From an uncultured Collinsella sp. (GTDB lineage: Bacteria; Actinomycetota; Coriobacteriia; Coriobacteriales; Coriobacteriaceae), in assembly GCA_958428675.1 (NCBI GenBank), contig CAUAGV010000001.1, positions 1 through 50,028 of the forward strand: DNA of 50,028 nucleotides, read 5' to 3'. Positions 30,919-39,907 of the stretch are shown in pieces (position 1 is the first letter of the stretch; every line of letters begins with the position of its first letter). The translations under genes were made by a program, and so were the position numbers. The notes under the pieces are model-generated. The model was not told where the DNA came from and did no database searches. It saw nothing but the letters and a program-made list of their open reading frames with translations.

Positions 30919-32430
30919 CTATGCCACGGTTACGGCGACCTGGGCGTAGCGGCTGCAGGGGCGCTCGGCGCGCGTCTGCACGGTAAGGGTGAGCACGAAG
31001 CGGTCGCCGGGCCGCGCGTCGGCGGGCACGATGAAAGCGGTGTCTACCGTGCATTCTTGCCACAGCGACAGATCCTGGGCGCCTGCATAGCTCGACGGGT
31101 CCACGGCGACATCCCAATGTACATCGAAGCCCTTGCCGTCGGGGTCGACGATGGTCGCTGTAAGGTTGACGCGCTCGCCGGCTGCGGCGCTGCGGTCGGC
31201 AGTGACCTCGACAACATGCGCCGGATGCGAGCAGATAGCCGGATCATGGGCGCACCATTGTGCGCGGGCGGCAAAGTCTTCCTGATAGGCGCGCAGGTAG
31301 GGATTGGGATTGTCGTCTGTGGGCGTGCTGAGGGCGGCAAAACCGGAAGGTGCGTCCGCATCGGGATGCCCATCAAGAAACATGCGGCCCAGCAGCGTAT
31401 CGAAGCCGCGGTCATCGATACCGCGCAGGCCAAACGGCAGCAGCGGAATATAGGTCATGCTGTCGCCTTCGGCCATAAAATCGCCGCGCTCAAACTGCAC
31501 CGCGGGTATGCCTTCCAGGCCCCAATCCAGACGGGCATGCTTGCCAAACTGAAAGCGCTCGGGCTCGTTTTCGTAGACCCTGCCATCGCCATAGAGCATA
31601 TAGCGCGCCATGAGGGGGCCGTTGCCCTGCGTGAGATTCTGCTCGGGCCAAGGAGCCTGAAACAGCGGCAGTGTATCGGGCTGAGCCATCTTGGCGTCGA
31701 CATAGCCGCCATACATATAGGGCACACGCCAAAAGATGAGCTCGGGAAAGAGCTCGCGCCCATGGTCGAGCCACGAGTTATCCTGCCCTACGCCGTCCGC
31801 GACGCCCATCACGCGCACTTTCTGATAGACCCGCTGCTGCACAGTGGGCCACTCGGGCGTGGCGCGATAGCGCTCGGCAATACTCATGAGGGCGCGAACG
31901 ATCGTATTCATACCACCCCAGCTGAGCAGCCATAACGTACGCGGATCATCATCCAGAATTGCCAGCGCAATTACGCGAGACCCCTCGGTTTCCTCAGTCA
32001 CATCACCCTCAAAGGCAACATTTCCCACAAAGGTGCGCTCGATCATCTGGGCAGGCGTGGGAAACGGCGGTTCACCGGCGGCGTCCGCATTTGCCTGCAG
32101 CTGCGGCCAAGCCTGGGCATATTCATTGCTCCAAAGACTTTCGATCCAATGCTCGGGAAACGGCCGATACTCGCGAAGCTCGCCGGCCAGCGGATCGGGC
32201 TCATGAGGCACAACAGCCCACTCATAAGAGCGACGCCCCTTAGTTCGCCAATGCGGGTTCACCTCACCCAGTGCACGCACGCCATCGCCAAGAAAGTGAT
32301 ATTGCGAAGCCGTGTACACCACAGCCTCAACATCAAGCAAGTTAAGATACAGAGCCAAATGAACAAGCGAGTTCATATCGTCGACTTCCATATCGGTAGT
32401 AACAATCACCCGAGTCAAATTCTGAGACAT
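30919..32430 (-). CDS. DUF1593 / nucleoside-hydrolase-like protein with a C-terminal Ig-like domain
   Basis: RVIVTTDMEVDDMNSL, WGGMNT, EGDS, QEDFAARAQW, DPDG. Confidence 0.75.
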   Translation of the reverse strand: MSQNLTRVIVTTDMEVDDMNSLVHLALYLNLLDVEAVVYTASQYHFLGDGVRALGEVNPHWRTKGRRSYEWAVVPHEPDPLAGELREYRPFPEHWIESLWSNEYAQAWPQLQANADAAGEPPFPTPAQMIERTFVGNVAFEGDVTEETEGSRVIALAILDDDPRTLWLLSWGGMNTIVRALMSIAERYRATPEWPTVQQRVYQKVRVMGVADGVGQDNSWLDHGRELFPELIFWRVPYMYGGYVDAKMAQPDTLPLFQAPWPEQNLTQGNGPLMARYMLYGDGRVYENEPERFQFGKHARLDWGLEGIPAVQFERGDFMAEGDSMTYIPLLPFGLRGIDDRGFDTLLGRMFLDGHPDADAPSGFAALSTPTDDNPNPYLRAYQEDFAARAQWCAHDPAICSHPAHVVEVTADRSAAAGERVNLTATIVDPDGKGFDVHWDVAVDPSSYAGAQDLSLWQECTVDTAFIVPADARPGDRFVLTLTVQTRAERPCSRYAQVAVTVA

Positions 32431-32560
32431 AAGCAAAGCTCCAACCAAAATAATTTCAGCCAGTTACGCGCAAGGCAAGACGGGACCCACGTCCTCCATC
32501 GCCACCGACCCGGCGTGCTGCCGGAAGCGGCCGGCCAGCGTTTCGAACAACGTTAACTTA

Positions 32561-32686
32561 GGGGGCTCTGACCTTTAGTTTTGTAAACATTCCGCAGCGC
32601 GAGCCCGCTTATCCGATGCTCCGAAGGAGCAGGATAAGCGGGGCTCATGCGCGAGGACGTTTACAAAACTAAAGGTCAGAGCCCCC
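32561..32686. repeat. 126-bp near-fully self-complementary element with perfect 28-bp terminal inverted repeats (MITE/REP-like)
   Basis: gggggctctgacctttagttttgtaaac / gtttacaaaactaaaggtcagagccccc plus nested stems. Confidence 0.8.
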
Positions 32687-32696
32687 GATGGGATGG

Positions 32697-34034
32697 TTAC
32701 CTCGAAACCCTGGCCGACCACTCCCAGCAGCCCACCGGCTCGCCGTCGATGAGTACGTTGCCCCCGTCGAAGTCTTGATAACACAGGTCGTTGAATTGGT
32801 GGATCCACACGCCGTGGTTGAACGTCTTTTTGGCCGAGCCGTCGGCTTCGCGATACACGCCGGTCAGGTCTTCGACATGGCTAAAGTAGGTGAGGTGCAC
32901 GTTGGCGCCGGCATCACGCAGGCGCGCAAACAGCGGCAGTACGGTTCGCTGCGGCGACACGAGCTCGTCGCCCTTGGAGTGCGTAAACCACAGCGGCGTC
33001 TTGGCGAGCGCGGCCACGTCCTCGTCCGTGGCGTTGTACCACGGGGCGCAGCAGGGAAGGCCCGCGGCGAAGAAATCGGGGTAGTCGGCGCACAGGCGCA
33101 GGGTCATAAAGCCGCCGTTGGAAAGACCGGCGACCACGATGCGGTCGGTGTCGATGCGGTCGGCATGCTCGGCGACAAACTCGTCGATAAGCGCCTTGAG
33201 CACGGGGGAGTAGATGCTCTGGTTGGAGCGACCGAGTTGCTCGACGCCGTTGTCCATCCAAAACGTGGGCGACTGCGGCACGAGCACCCAGGCAAAGCCT
33301 CCAAAGTAGCGCTGGATCTGCGCCTGGCTAATGGCCGTCACGCGGTTGCCGATATAGGCGCGCGTGGCGCCTTCGCCCTGCGTGGCGCCCTTGCCCTCGC
33401 CGGCGCCGTGCAGATACACCACGAGCGGTGCCTTTTGGGGCACGACCGTCGCCTCGGGCGCAAAGGGGTTGAAGCATGCCGAGTCTTCGGCCTTAAAGCT
33501 GGGCTCAAAGAAGCCGTATTCGAGCGCGATGCCGTCGACGGCGGTCTTTTGCGTGGCGTTGCTCCAGCCTTTGAGCGCGGGGCAGATATCGCCACGGCAG
33601 GTGTCGAAGACCAGGCCGCAGGTGGGATCGTCGCCGTCGTTGCCGGGAAGAGCTGTGAGCTGCGTGATGCGCAGCTGGTCATCGAGCATGCGCGAGCCCA
33701 TGACGCCGCCTTCGATGGTCTTGGTCAGGCGCTGCTCGGCGACCTCGAGCGCCACATGGGTACCCACGGCGAGCTTACGTCCGTTCTCGTCGCACGGATA
33801 TGTGGCGAGAATGTCGATGTAACCCACGGAGGGCGCGGCATGGTCGGCGCCGCGCTCCTTGCGCATCAGAACCTCGCCCGAGCGTTCGTGACGCTCTACA
33901 TATATATGGAAGGTGTTCGCGTCGATGTCGTTGGCGCGCACGGTACAGGGCAGGTCGAGTACGACCTTGCTGATCCAGGGGCCAAAGTCGCCCAAGGTGG
34001 TGACGGTCGCGTAGGTACACAATTTGAGTTCCAT
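32697..34034 (-). CDS. Alpha/beta-hydrolase esterase/predicted peptidase with an N-terminal Ig-like domain
   Basis: PLVVYLHGAGE, VPQ, GLSNGG nucleophile, HSKGD, HGVW; GGGAGG RBS. Confidence 0.8.
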   Translation of the reverse strand: MELKLCTYATVTTLGDFGPWISKVVLDLPCTVRANDIDANTFHIYVERHERSGEVLMRKERGADHAAPSVGYIDILATYPCDENGRKLAVGTHVALEVAEQRLTKTIEGGVMGSRMLDDQLRITQLTALPGNDGDDPTCGLVFDTCRGDICPALKGWSNATQKTAVDGIALEYGFFEPSFKAEDSACFNPFAPEATVVPQKAPLVVYLHGAGEGKGATQGEGATRAYIGNRVTAISQAQIQRYFGGFAWVLVPQSPTFWMDNGVEQLGRSNQSIYSPVLKALIDEFVAEHADRIDTDRIVVAGLSNGGFMTLRLCADYPDFFAAGLPCCAPWYNATDEDVAALAKTPLWFTHSKGDELVSPQRTVLPLFARLRDAGANVHLTYFSHVEDLTGVYREADGSAKKTFNHGVWIHQFNDLCYQDFDGGNVLIDGEPVGCWEWSARVSR

Positions 34035-34162
34035 GAGCTGCCTCCCTTGCGCCGCTAGTGGGAAACAAAAGCGGCAATACAATCTAAACACGTTTAGTTT
34101 AATCCAGAAATGCAGAACAAGCTGATAAACTCGGTAAACGGCAAAATTGAACACGCCATGAA

Positions 34163-34184
34163 CTACTAAACATATGTTTAGTAG
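34163..34184. promoter_or_regulatory. Perfect 22-bp palindromic operator-like site in the divergent esterase/PTS promoter region
   Basis: ctactaaacatatgtttagtag; related sites at 34084-34097 and 34391-34418. Confidence 0.65.
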
Positions 34185-34524
34185 CTTCTAGCAGGGCTTC
34201 TGTTGATGAGTTAACAGGTCATAGAGGTGTCTATCAAAATAAAATCCCACGTAAATAGCCATATATTGATAGATGGCCAAATAGATCTTCTCCCGCCATT
34301 TAAATACGCTCACCCCCGATTTCCTACCGTTCACCGGACTGTAGACGGCAAAATTGCCATAAATTCGGCGCTCCGTGAAAACTAAAGCCCGTAAACGTTC
34401 AGTAAACACATTGTTTACAAAAGCGTATCCAAGGGTCCGGCAACCGTAAGGGGTTATAGTCGCCGGGCCAAAGGCGTGCCTAAGCCCAAGGGGGCTGGCA
34501 CACGAAGATATGGGGAGGGGTCCC

Positions 34525-35952
34525 ATGGCAGTAGATAACAAGCAGATTGCCACCGATGTCCTCGAGCTCGTGGGCGGTGCGGAGAATGTCACCGTCGCCA
34601 CCAACTGCATGACGCGCCTGCGTCTGACGCTCAAGGATAACAACAAGGTTGACGTGGAGAAGATCAAGAAGGTCAAGGGTGTTCTGGGTTGCCAGTTCGC
34701 CGGCAGCCAGCTCCAGGTCATCATCGGCCAGAACGTGCCCAAGGTGCTCGCCGAGTTCGTCGCCATCTCCGGCGTCAAGCAGGGTGAGGCCGTCAACGAG
34801 AACCTCGATGCTCCCAAGGAGAAGTTCGAGCTCAAGAACCTGCCTAACATCATCCTCGACTATCTGTCCGGCTCCATGACCCAGCTCATCCCGCTGCTCA
34901 TGGCCGGCGGTCTGTTCCGTACCATCGCGGCCGTCCTCGGCCCCACCATGCTTGGTGTGCTCTCGGCCGACGACCCGACCTATACGTTCCTCTACACCAC
35001 GCTGTACGAGGCCACGTTCACCTTTATCCCCATCTACCTGGGTTATGCCGCGGCTAAGAAGCTCGGCGCCAGCCCGGTGCTCGGCATGCTGCTCGGTGGC
35101 GCCCTCATGGCTCCTTCCGTGGTGAGCGTCGCCACCCAGGAGGGCGGCGGAATCATCTCCGTCTACGGCATCCAGATCGCTGCTGCCAACTATCAGCAGT
35201 CCGTCCTGCCGATCATCCTTTCGGTGCCTGTCCTCTACTTCGTCGAGAAGTTCTTTAAGAAGGTCATGCCCGACGTGCTGTCCACGGTCTTCACGCCGTT
35301 CTGCACCATGATCGTTACCATCCCCATCGCCTTCATCGTCCTCGCCCCCATCGGCAACGAGATCGGTACGCTGATCGCTAACGCCCTCTTCGGCCTTGCT
35401 GACCTTGGCGGCATCGGTATCCTGATCGTCATGGCCGTCCTCGGCGCCTTCTGGCAGCTCTTCGTGGTCTGCGGCATGCACATGCCCGTCATCCTGCTCG
35501 CCCAGGTTCAGATCATCGCTGCCGGTTACGATCCCTTCGTCTTCGTTTCCACCAACTGCGCTATGGCCGCTGTCTGGGGCTGCGCCTTCGGTGCCTTCCT
35601 CAAGATGAAGAACCCCGACGAGAAGTCTCTCGCCATCGGTTACGTCATCTCCGCCATCGCCGGCGGCGTCACCGAGCCCGCACTCTTCGGTATCCTCATG
35701 CGCTTCCGTCGCACCATGTTCGGCATGTTCATCGGCGGTGCTATCGGCGCTGTGTTCTCCGGCCTCATGGGTGTTACCTACTACCTCGCAGGCGGTGCCT
35801 CCAACTTCCTGGTCTTCACCAACTACCTGCAGGGTGGCCAGATGAACACCGTCTGGGCTATCGTCGGTATGGCAATCTCCTTTGTCATCGCCGCTGCCGT
35901 CGTCTTTGTCTCTGGCTTCTCCAAGGAGGAGCTCGCCGAGATGGAGGCCTAA
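34525..35952 (+). CDS. PTS beta-glucoside-family EIIBC (no EIIA domain)
   Basis: VGGAENV..TNCMTRLRL, VCGMH, GVTEPALFG. Confidence 0.9.
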   Translation: MAVDNKQIATDVLELVGGAENVTVATNCMTRLRLTLKDNNKVDVEKIKKVKGVLGCQFAGSQLQVIIGQNVPKVLAEFVAISGVKQGEAVNENLDAPKEKFELKNLPNIILDYLSGSMTQLIPLLMAGGLFRTIAAVLGPTMLGVLSADDPTYTFLYTTLYEATFTFIPIYLGYAAAKKLGASPVLGMLLGGALMAPSVVSVATQEGGGIISVYGIQIAAANYQQSVLPIILSVPVLYFVEKFFKKVMPDVLSTVFTPFCTMIVTIPIAFIVLAPIGNEIGTLIANALFGLADLGGIGILIVMAVLGAFWQLFVVCGMHMPVILLAQVQIIAAGYDPFVFVSTNCAMAAVWGCAFGAFLKMKNPDEKSLAIGYVISAIAGGVTEPALFGILMRFRRTMFGMFIGGAIGAVFSGLMGVTYYLAGGASNFLVFTNYLQGGQMNTVWAIVGMAISFVIAAAVVFVSGFSKEELAEMEA

Positions 35953-35992
35953 GGCCAAGCCATTCGGTCGCATAAGACCTCACCTACACGAC

Positions 35993-36030
35993 AGGGCCCC
36001 GTCAGGCGTAAGCCCGGCGGGGCCCTTCTT
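35993..36030 (+). terminator. Hairpin after the second PTS gene
   Basis: agggccccgtc..ggcggggccct-tctt; a second hairpin follows at about 36087-36121. Confidence 0.5.
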
Positions 36031-36161
36031 GCAAGGTAGACTGATGGAGGCGGGTGAGATTCGCCCGCGAGGGTTTGCCAAGCGGCGGGGGCTTTCGCGC
36101 GGGGTTACCGCGAAAGCCCCCGGCGGTTCGCAAATCCTTTATCAAACGAAAGGACATGCAG

Positions 36162-37475
36162 ATGAGTTTGGGAAAGCTGACCGTCAACGGTCGCCAGGAC
36201 GGCTTTTTGTGCGAGGGCAAACCGTTCTTCTGGTTTGCCGATACGTGCTGGAGCGCATTTACGAGCATCGCCGAGGACGACTGGGACTACTACCTGACCC
36301 GCCGTGCCGAGCAGGGCATGAACGTGCTGCAGATCAACACGCTGCCGCAGTGGGATCGCTGCTGTCCCGATCTGGGCATTTGGCCCTATGCCAGCGAGGA
36401 CGGCGTGCACTTTGATTGGTCCCGTCCCAACCAGGCGTACTGGGATCGTGCCGCCGCCATGTGCCGTGCTGCCGTCGAGCACGGCATTCGTCCGGCGCTC
36501 GTGCTCATGTGGTGCAATTACGTGCCCGGTACCTGGGGCGCCAAGATCGCCGAGCGTTGCGGTGCCGAGATTATGCCTCGTGAGGAGGTTCGCGCCCACG
36601 TTGCCCGCGTTGTCGAGAACCTGGGCGAGTTCGACCCTGTCTACGTGGTGACGGGTGATACCGATTTTGCCGGTGACGAGGCGATCGCCTATTACGAGGA
36701 CGCGCTCGACGAGGTCGTCAAGCGTGCGCCCGAGGCGCTGCGCACCATGCACATCAACCGCGGCAATCGCACCATTCCGGTGCAGTATCTGGACCGTCTG
36801 GACTTTTACATGTTCCAGCCTGGCCACAACTACGAGGGTCAGCCCGAGGCTTGGCGCTTGCCGCAGGACTTTATCGCCAACTATCCCAAAAAGCCGATGG
36901 TCAACTCCGAGCCTTGCTACGAGCAGATGGGCGCGTCGCGCAACGTGTACTGGCGTTTTACCGCTCAGGATTGCCGCGCGAGCGTATGGTCGTCGATTCT
37001 TGCCGGCGCCAGTGCCGGCGTGACCTACGGCGCGCACGGCGTTTGGAACTGGCAGACGTCGCGCAGCCAGGGCTCGGTTCTGGGCGAGGGCTTTGACATG
37101 CCCTTCCGCTGGCAAGAGTGCCTGCAGTTTGCGGGCGTGTGGGACTTTGGCGCGATCGAGCATGTGCTTGCCAGCCTAGGCGCTACTGCCGGTGACGATG
37201 CGCTTGCCGTGGTTCCGGCGCAGGAGCTGCTCGATGACGCGCGCGAGGCCATCCGTGTGGCGCGCGTTGGCGATCGCGTCGTCACGTACCTGCCGCGCAC
37301 CACGGCGCTCACGTTTAAGCTCGACGGCGCGCGTGGCTGGACGGCGACGGCCCTCGACATGGAGGACAAGCGCATCGCCAAGCTGCCCGTTCGCGACAAC
37401 GGTGACGGCACCGTGCGCGTGGCGCAGCATCCCTTTGAGCACGACGCTCTGCTCGTGGTTTCGCCGGCGCATTAA
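36162..37475 (+). CDS. DUF4038 (GH140 apiosidase-like) glycoside hydrolase, cytoplasmic
   Basis: GKPFFWFADTCW, YL..R.EQG.N..QI, VVTGD, QPGH, KP.VNSEPCYE, GVTYGAHGVW; no signal peptide. Confidence 0.75.
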   Translation: MSLGKLTVNGRQDGFLCEGKPFFWFADTCWSAFTSIAEDDWDYYLTRRAEQGMNVLQINTLPQWDRCCPDLGIWPYASEDGVHFDWSRPNQAYWDRAAAMCRAAVEHGIRPALVLMWCNYVPGTWGAKIAERCGAEIMPREEVRAHVARVVENLGEFDPVYVVTGDTDFAGDEAIAYYEDALDEVVKRAPEALRTMHINRGNRTIPVQYLDRLDFYMFQPGHNYEGQPEAWRLPQDFIANYPKKPMVNSEPCYEQMGASRNVYWRFTAQDCRASVWSSILAGASAGVTYGAHGVWNWQTSRSQGSVLGEGFDMPFRWQECLQFAGVWDFGAIEHVLASLGATAGDDALAVVPAQELLDDAREAIRVARVGDRVVTYLPRTTALTFKLDGARGWTATALDMEDKRIAKLPVRDNGDGTVRVAQHPFEHDALLVVSPAH

Positions 37476-37497
37476 GGAAAACGGAATAACGCAAGAG

Positions 37498-37528
37498 AAA
37501 AGGCCCGGGTGGTAGCCCGGGCCTTTTT
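37498..37528. terminator. Bidirectional terminator between convergent genes
   Basis: aaaaggcccggg / cccgggccttttt. Confidence 0.8.
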
Positions 37529-37578
37529 ATATCAACACAGCCGTTGCGGTTGGTGATGGCGATTGCGTACTGCCGCTC

Positions 37579-38220
37579 TTAACGGTAGCCCTCCCAGAGG
37601 GGAAGGGGAAAGAGGATGTCCTCAAACTTAGACCACTCGGCGGGATAGTCGATCTCGTCGGGTCGCGCCACCCAACGGCCTTCCAATCCATACATCGCCG
37701 CCAGCGCGCACGAGATGGCTTCGGTGGCGTCGATTCCCTCGGGAACGCTCCAGTTAACATCGGGCTCGGGCTCGATAACACCGCGCGAGCGGTCGTTGAA
37801 ATACTCGTGCAGGGGGCTCTCCGTGCTCATGGCCTCGGTATTGAGCATCTGGAAGAGCATGACGAGCTCGGGCTGGTTGTTGTTCTCCGCCACGAGCAGA
37901 CGGCAGTATTCGGGAATCTTGGGGCTCTGGCCCTCAAATGCCCCGCCAGGATGAAAGAGGGAGAGATAGTCGTCTAAGGTTGAGCTGCGATCGTAATAGC
38001 GACGGATCACCTCGACCAAAAGTCCGTGCTTGCTGCCCACGTAGTGCAGCACGCCCGCCTGGGTGATACCCACCTCGTCGGCTACAGCCTGGAGCGACAT
38101 GCCGTTAAAGCCGCGCGCGTTGATAAGCCGCACGGCCGCCGAGACAATCTGGTCAAGGCGTTCCTGCGCCGCAGCGCTGCGTTTCTTTGCCGCGGGTGTG
38201 GGAGTTTTCTGAGTGTCCAT
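37579..38220 (-). CDS. TetR-family regulator
   Basis: IVSAAVRLINARGFNGMSLQAVADEVGITQAGVLHYVGSK. Confidence 0.9.
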   Translation of the reverse strand: MDTQKTPTPAAKKRSAAAQERLDQIVSAAVRLINARGFNGMSLQAVADEVGITQAGVLHYVGSKHGLLVEVIRRYYDRSSTLDDYLSLFHPGGAFEGQSPKIPEYCRLLVAENNNQPELVMLFQMLNTEAMSTESPLHEYFNDRSRGVIEPEPDVNWSVPEGIDATEAISCALAAMYGLEGRWVARPDEIDYPAEWSKFEDILFPLPLWEGYR

Positions 38221-38379
38221 ATAAATCGCGCTGCCTTATTTAGGGCGGCTCGAGTATTGCCGCCAAATGCCTTTTGTATACCCCATAGCTTACCTCAGCC
38301 GTTCAGCGGCTCAAAACAACCGTTTACCGCTCTTATTGGTTACTGAGTACTTAGTAAGCGTACTATACAGGTCGTGGAA

Positions 38380-38403
38380 GTTACTTACTAGTTAGTAAGT
38401 AAC
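38380..38403. promoter_or_regulatory. Palindromic TetR-type operator (second, weaker site at 38340-38357)
   Basis: gttacttacta-gt-tagtaagtaac 11-2-11 palindrome between divergent tetR and MFS genes. Confidence 0.7.
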
Positions 38404-38527
38404 AACCCAATAGACGCTCGCGAGCGGCCGTACCCCATTCCACGGCCGCCGCATCCAGTGGGTTTGACCCCTTGACCCTTGGTGCACGGGCGCCCTCGCG
38501 CATTCCATCACAGAGAGGATCTATCCC

Positions 38528-39820
38528 ATGGCAAATCAAACCGCCGCGGCGATTGACGAGAACGCCATCGCCCCCGACACCGGAAAGCCCATGACCAAAA
38601 CCGAGACATGGCGCTTTATGATCGGCTTTATTATCTTTGGCGTTATGTGGATGATGTCGGGCACGATCGGCTCCAACGTCTTGTTCCCCGAGCGTTTTAA
38701 CGGCCTTAATATTGGTCAGCCCGAGGCAATTCTCGCGGCGATGAACTCGGTCGGTTCAATCTTCGCTCTGTTCTCAAATCTCGTTTTCGGCGCGCTTTCC
38801 GACCGCTGCCACAGCCGCTTTGGCAAGCGCACACCGTTTATCGTTCTCGGCGGTTTTATCTGCGGCTGTGCTTTCTGGAGCACTTCGGTCGCGACCACAC
38901 TTCCCATGATCGTCGCCTCCTGGTGCGTGCTGCAGATTGGCCTCAACTGCATGCTTGCCCCTGCTGTTGCCGTGCTTTCCGACCGCATTCCGCTTAACAA
39001 GCGCGGCACGCTCTCCGCATTCTATGGCGGCGGTGCAACGGCTGGCCAGTCGATTGGCACCATCATCGGTACGCAGTTCCTTTCCAACCCAGTTCCTGGC
39101 TTTATCATCGGCACGGCCTCTTGGTTGCTGACCGGCATCCTCGCCGTCATCATTTGGCCGCGCGAGAAGTCTGCCGCTCTTGACGAGGACGAGCAGTCCG
39201 AGAAGCTCAATCTCAAGTCGCTGCTGCTCATGTTCGTTCCGCCCACCAAGAACTGCCGCGACTTTTATCTGGCGCTCTTTGGCCGCCTGCTCCTCATCTT
39301 CGGTTACTTCTGCATCAACGGATATCAGCTCTACATCCTCGAGAAGTACATCGGTCTTCCCGTGGCAGAAGCCGGCGCCGTCCTCTCCTCCATGTCCGTC
39401 GTGATCATGGTCGTGTCGCTTGTCGCTTCGCTTACCTCGGGCGCTATCTCCGACAAGATCGGCCGCCGCAAGCCCATCATCCTCGTCGCAACGATCATGA
39501 TGTGCATCGGCATCGCTCTGCCCTGGCTGCTTAAGTCCGTTATCGGCATGTACGGATTCGCGCTGCTGGCCGGACTTGGTTATGGTATTTACTCTTCCGT
39601 CGACCAGGCACTCAATGTCGATGTTCTGCCCGATAAGGAGAACGCCGGCAAGGACCTGGGCATCCTCAACATCGCCAACACCATCGGCCAGATCCTTGGC
39701 CCCATCGTGACCTCGGCAATCGTTGTCGCCACCGGCTCCTATTTCATGGCGTTCCCGATCTCCATCGTGCTCATCGCCGTGGGCTATGTGTTCATCATGC
39801 TCATCAAGAACGCTAGGTAA
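38528..39820 (+). CDS. MFS sugar/glycoside transporter
   Basis: GALSDR.HSRFGKRTP, SDKIGRRK, VDQAL..DVLP, 12 hydrophobic segments. Confidence 0.9.
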   Translation: MANQTAAAIDENAIAPDTGKPMTKTETWRFMIGFIIFGVMWMMSGTIGSNVLFPERFNGLNIGQPEAILAAMNSVGSIFALFSNLVFGALSDRCHSRFGKRTPFIVLGGFICGCAFWSTSVATTLPMIVASWCVLQIGLNCMLAPAVAVLSDRIPLNKRGTLSAFYGGGATAGQSIGTIIGTQFLSNPVPGFIIGTASWLLTGILAVIIWPREKSAALDEDEQSEKLNLKSLLLMFVPPTKNCRDFYLALFGRLLLIFGYFCINGYQLYILEKYIGLPVAEAGAVLSSMSVVIMVVSLVASLTSGAISDKIGRRKPIILVATIMMCIGIALPWLLKSVIGMYGFALLAGLGYGIYSSVDQALNVDVLPDKENAGKDLGILNIANTIGQILGPIVTSAIVVATGSYFMAFPISIVLIAVGYVFIMLIKNAR

Positions 39821-39907
39821 TCCGTCGCTCTCTTTCCTTCCGTCGGGCAGCGTTCGCGTTGCCCGACGGACTCCGACTATTCAATCGCTTAACTTGGAGG
39901 CGTTATT

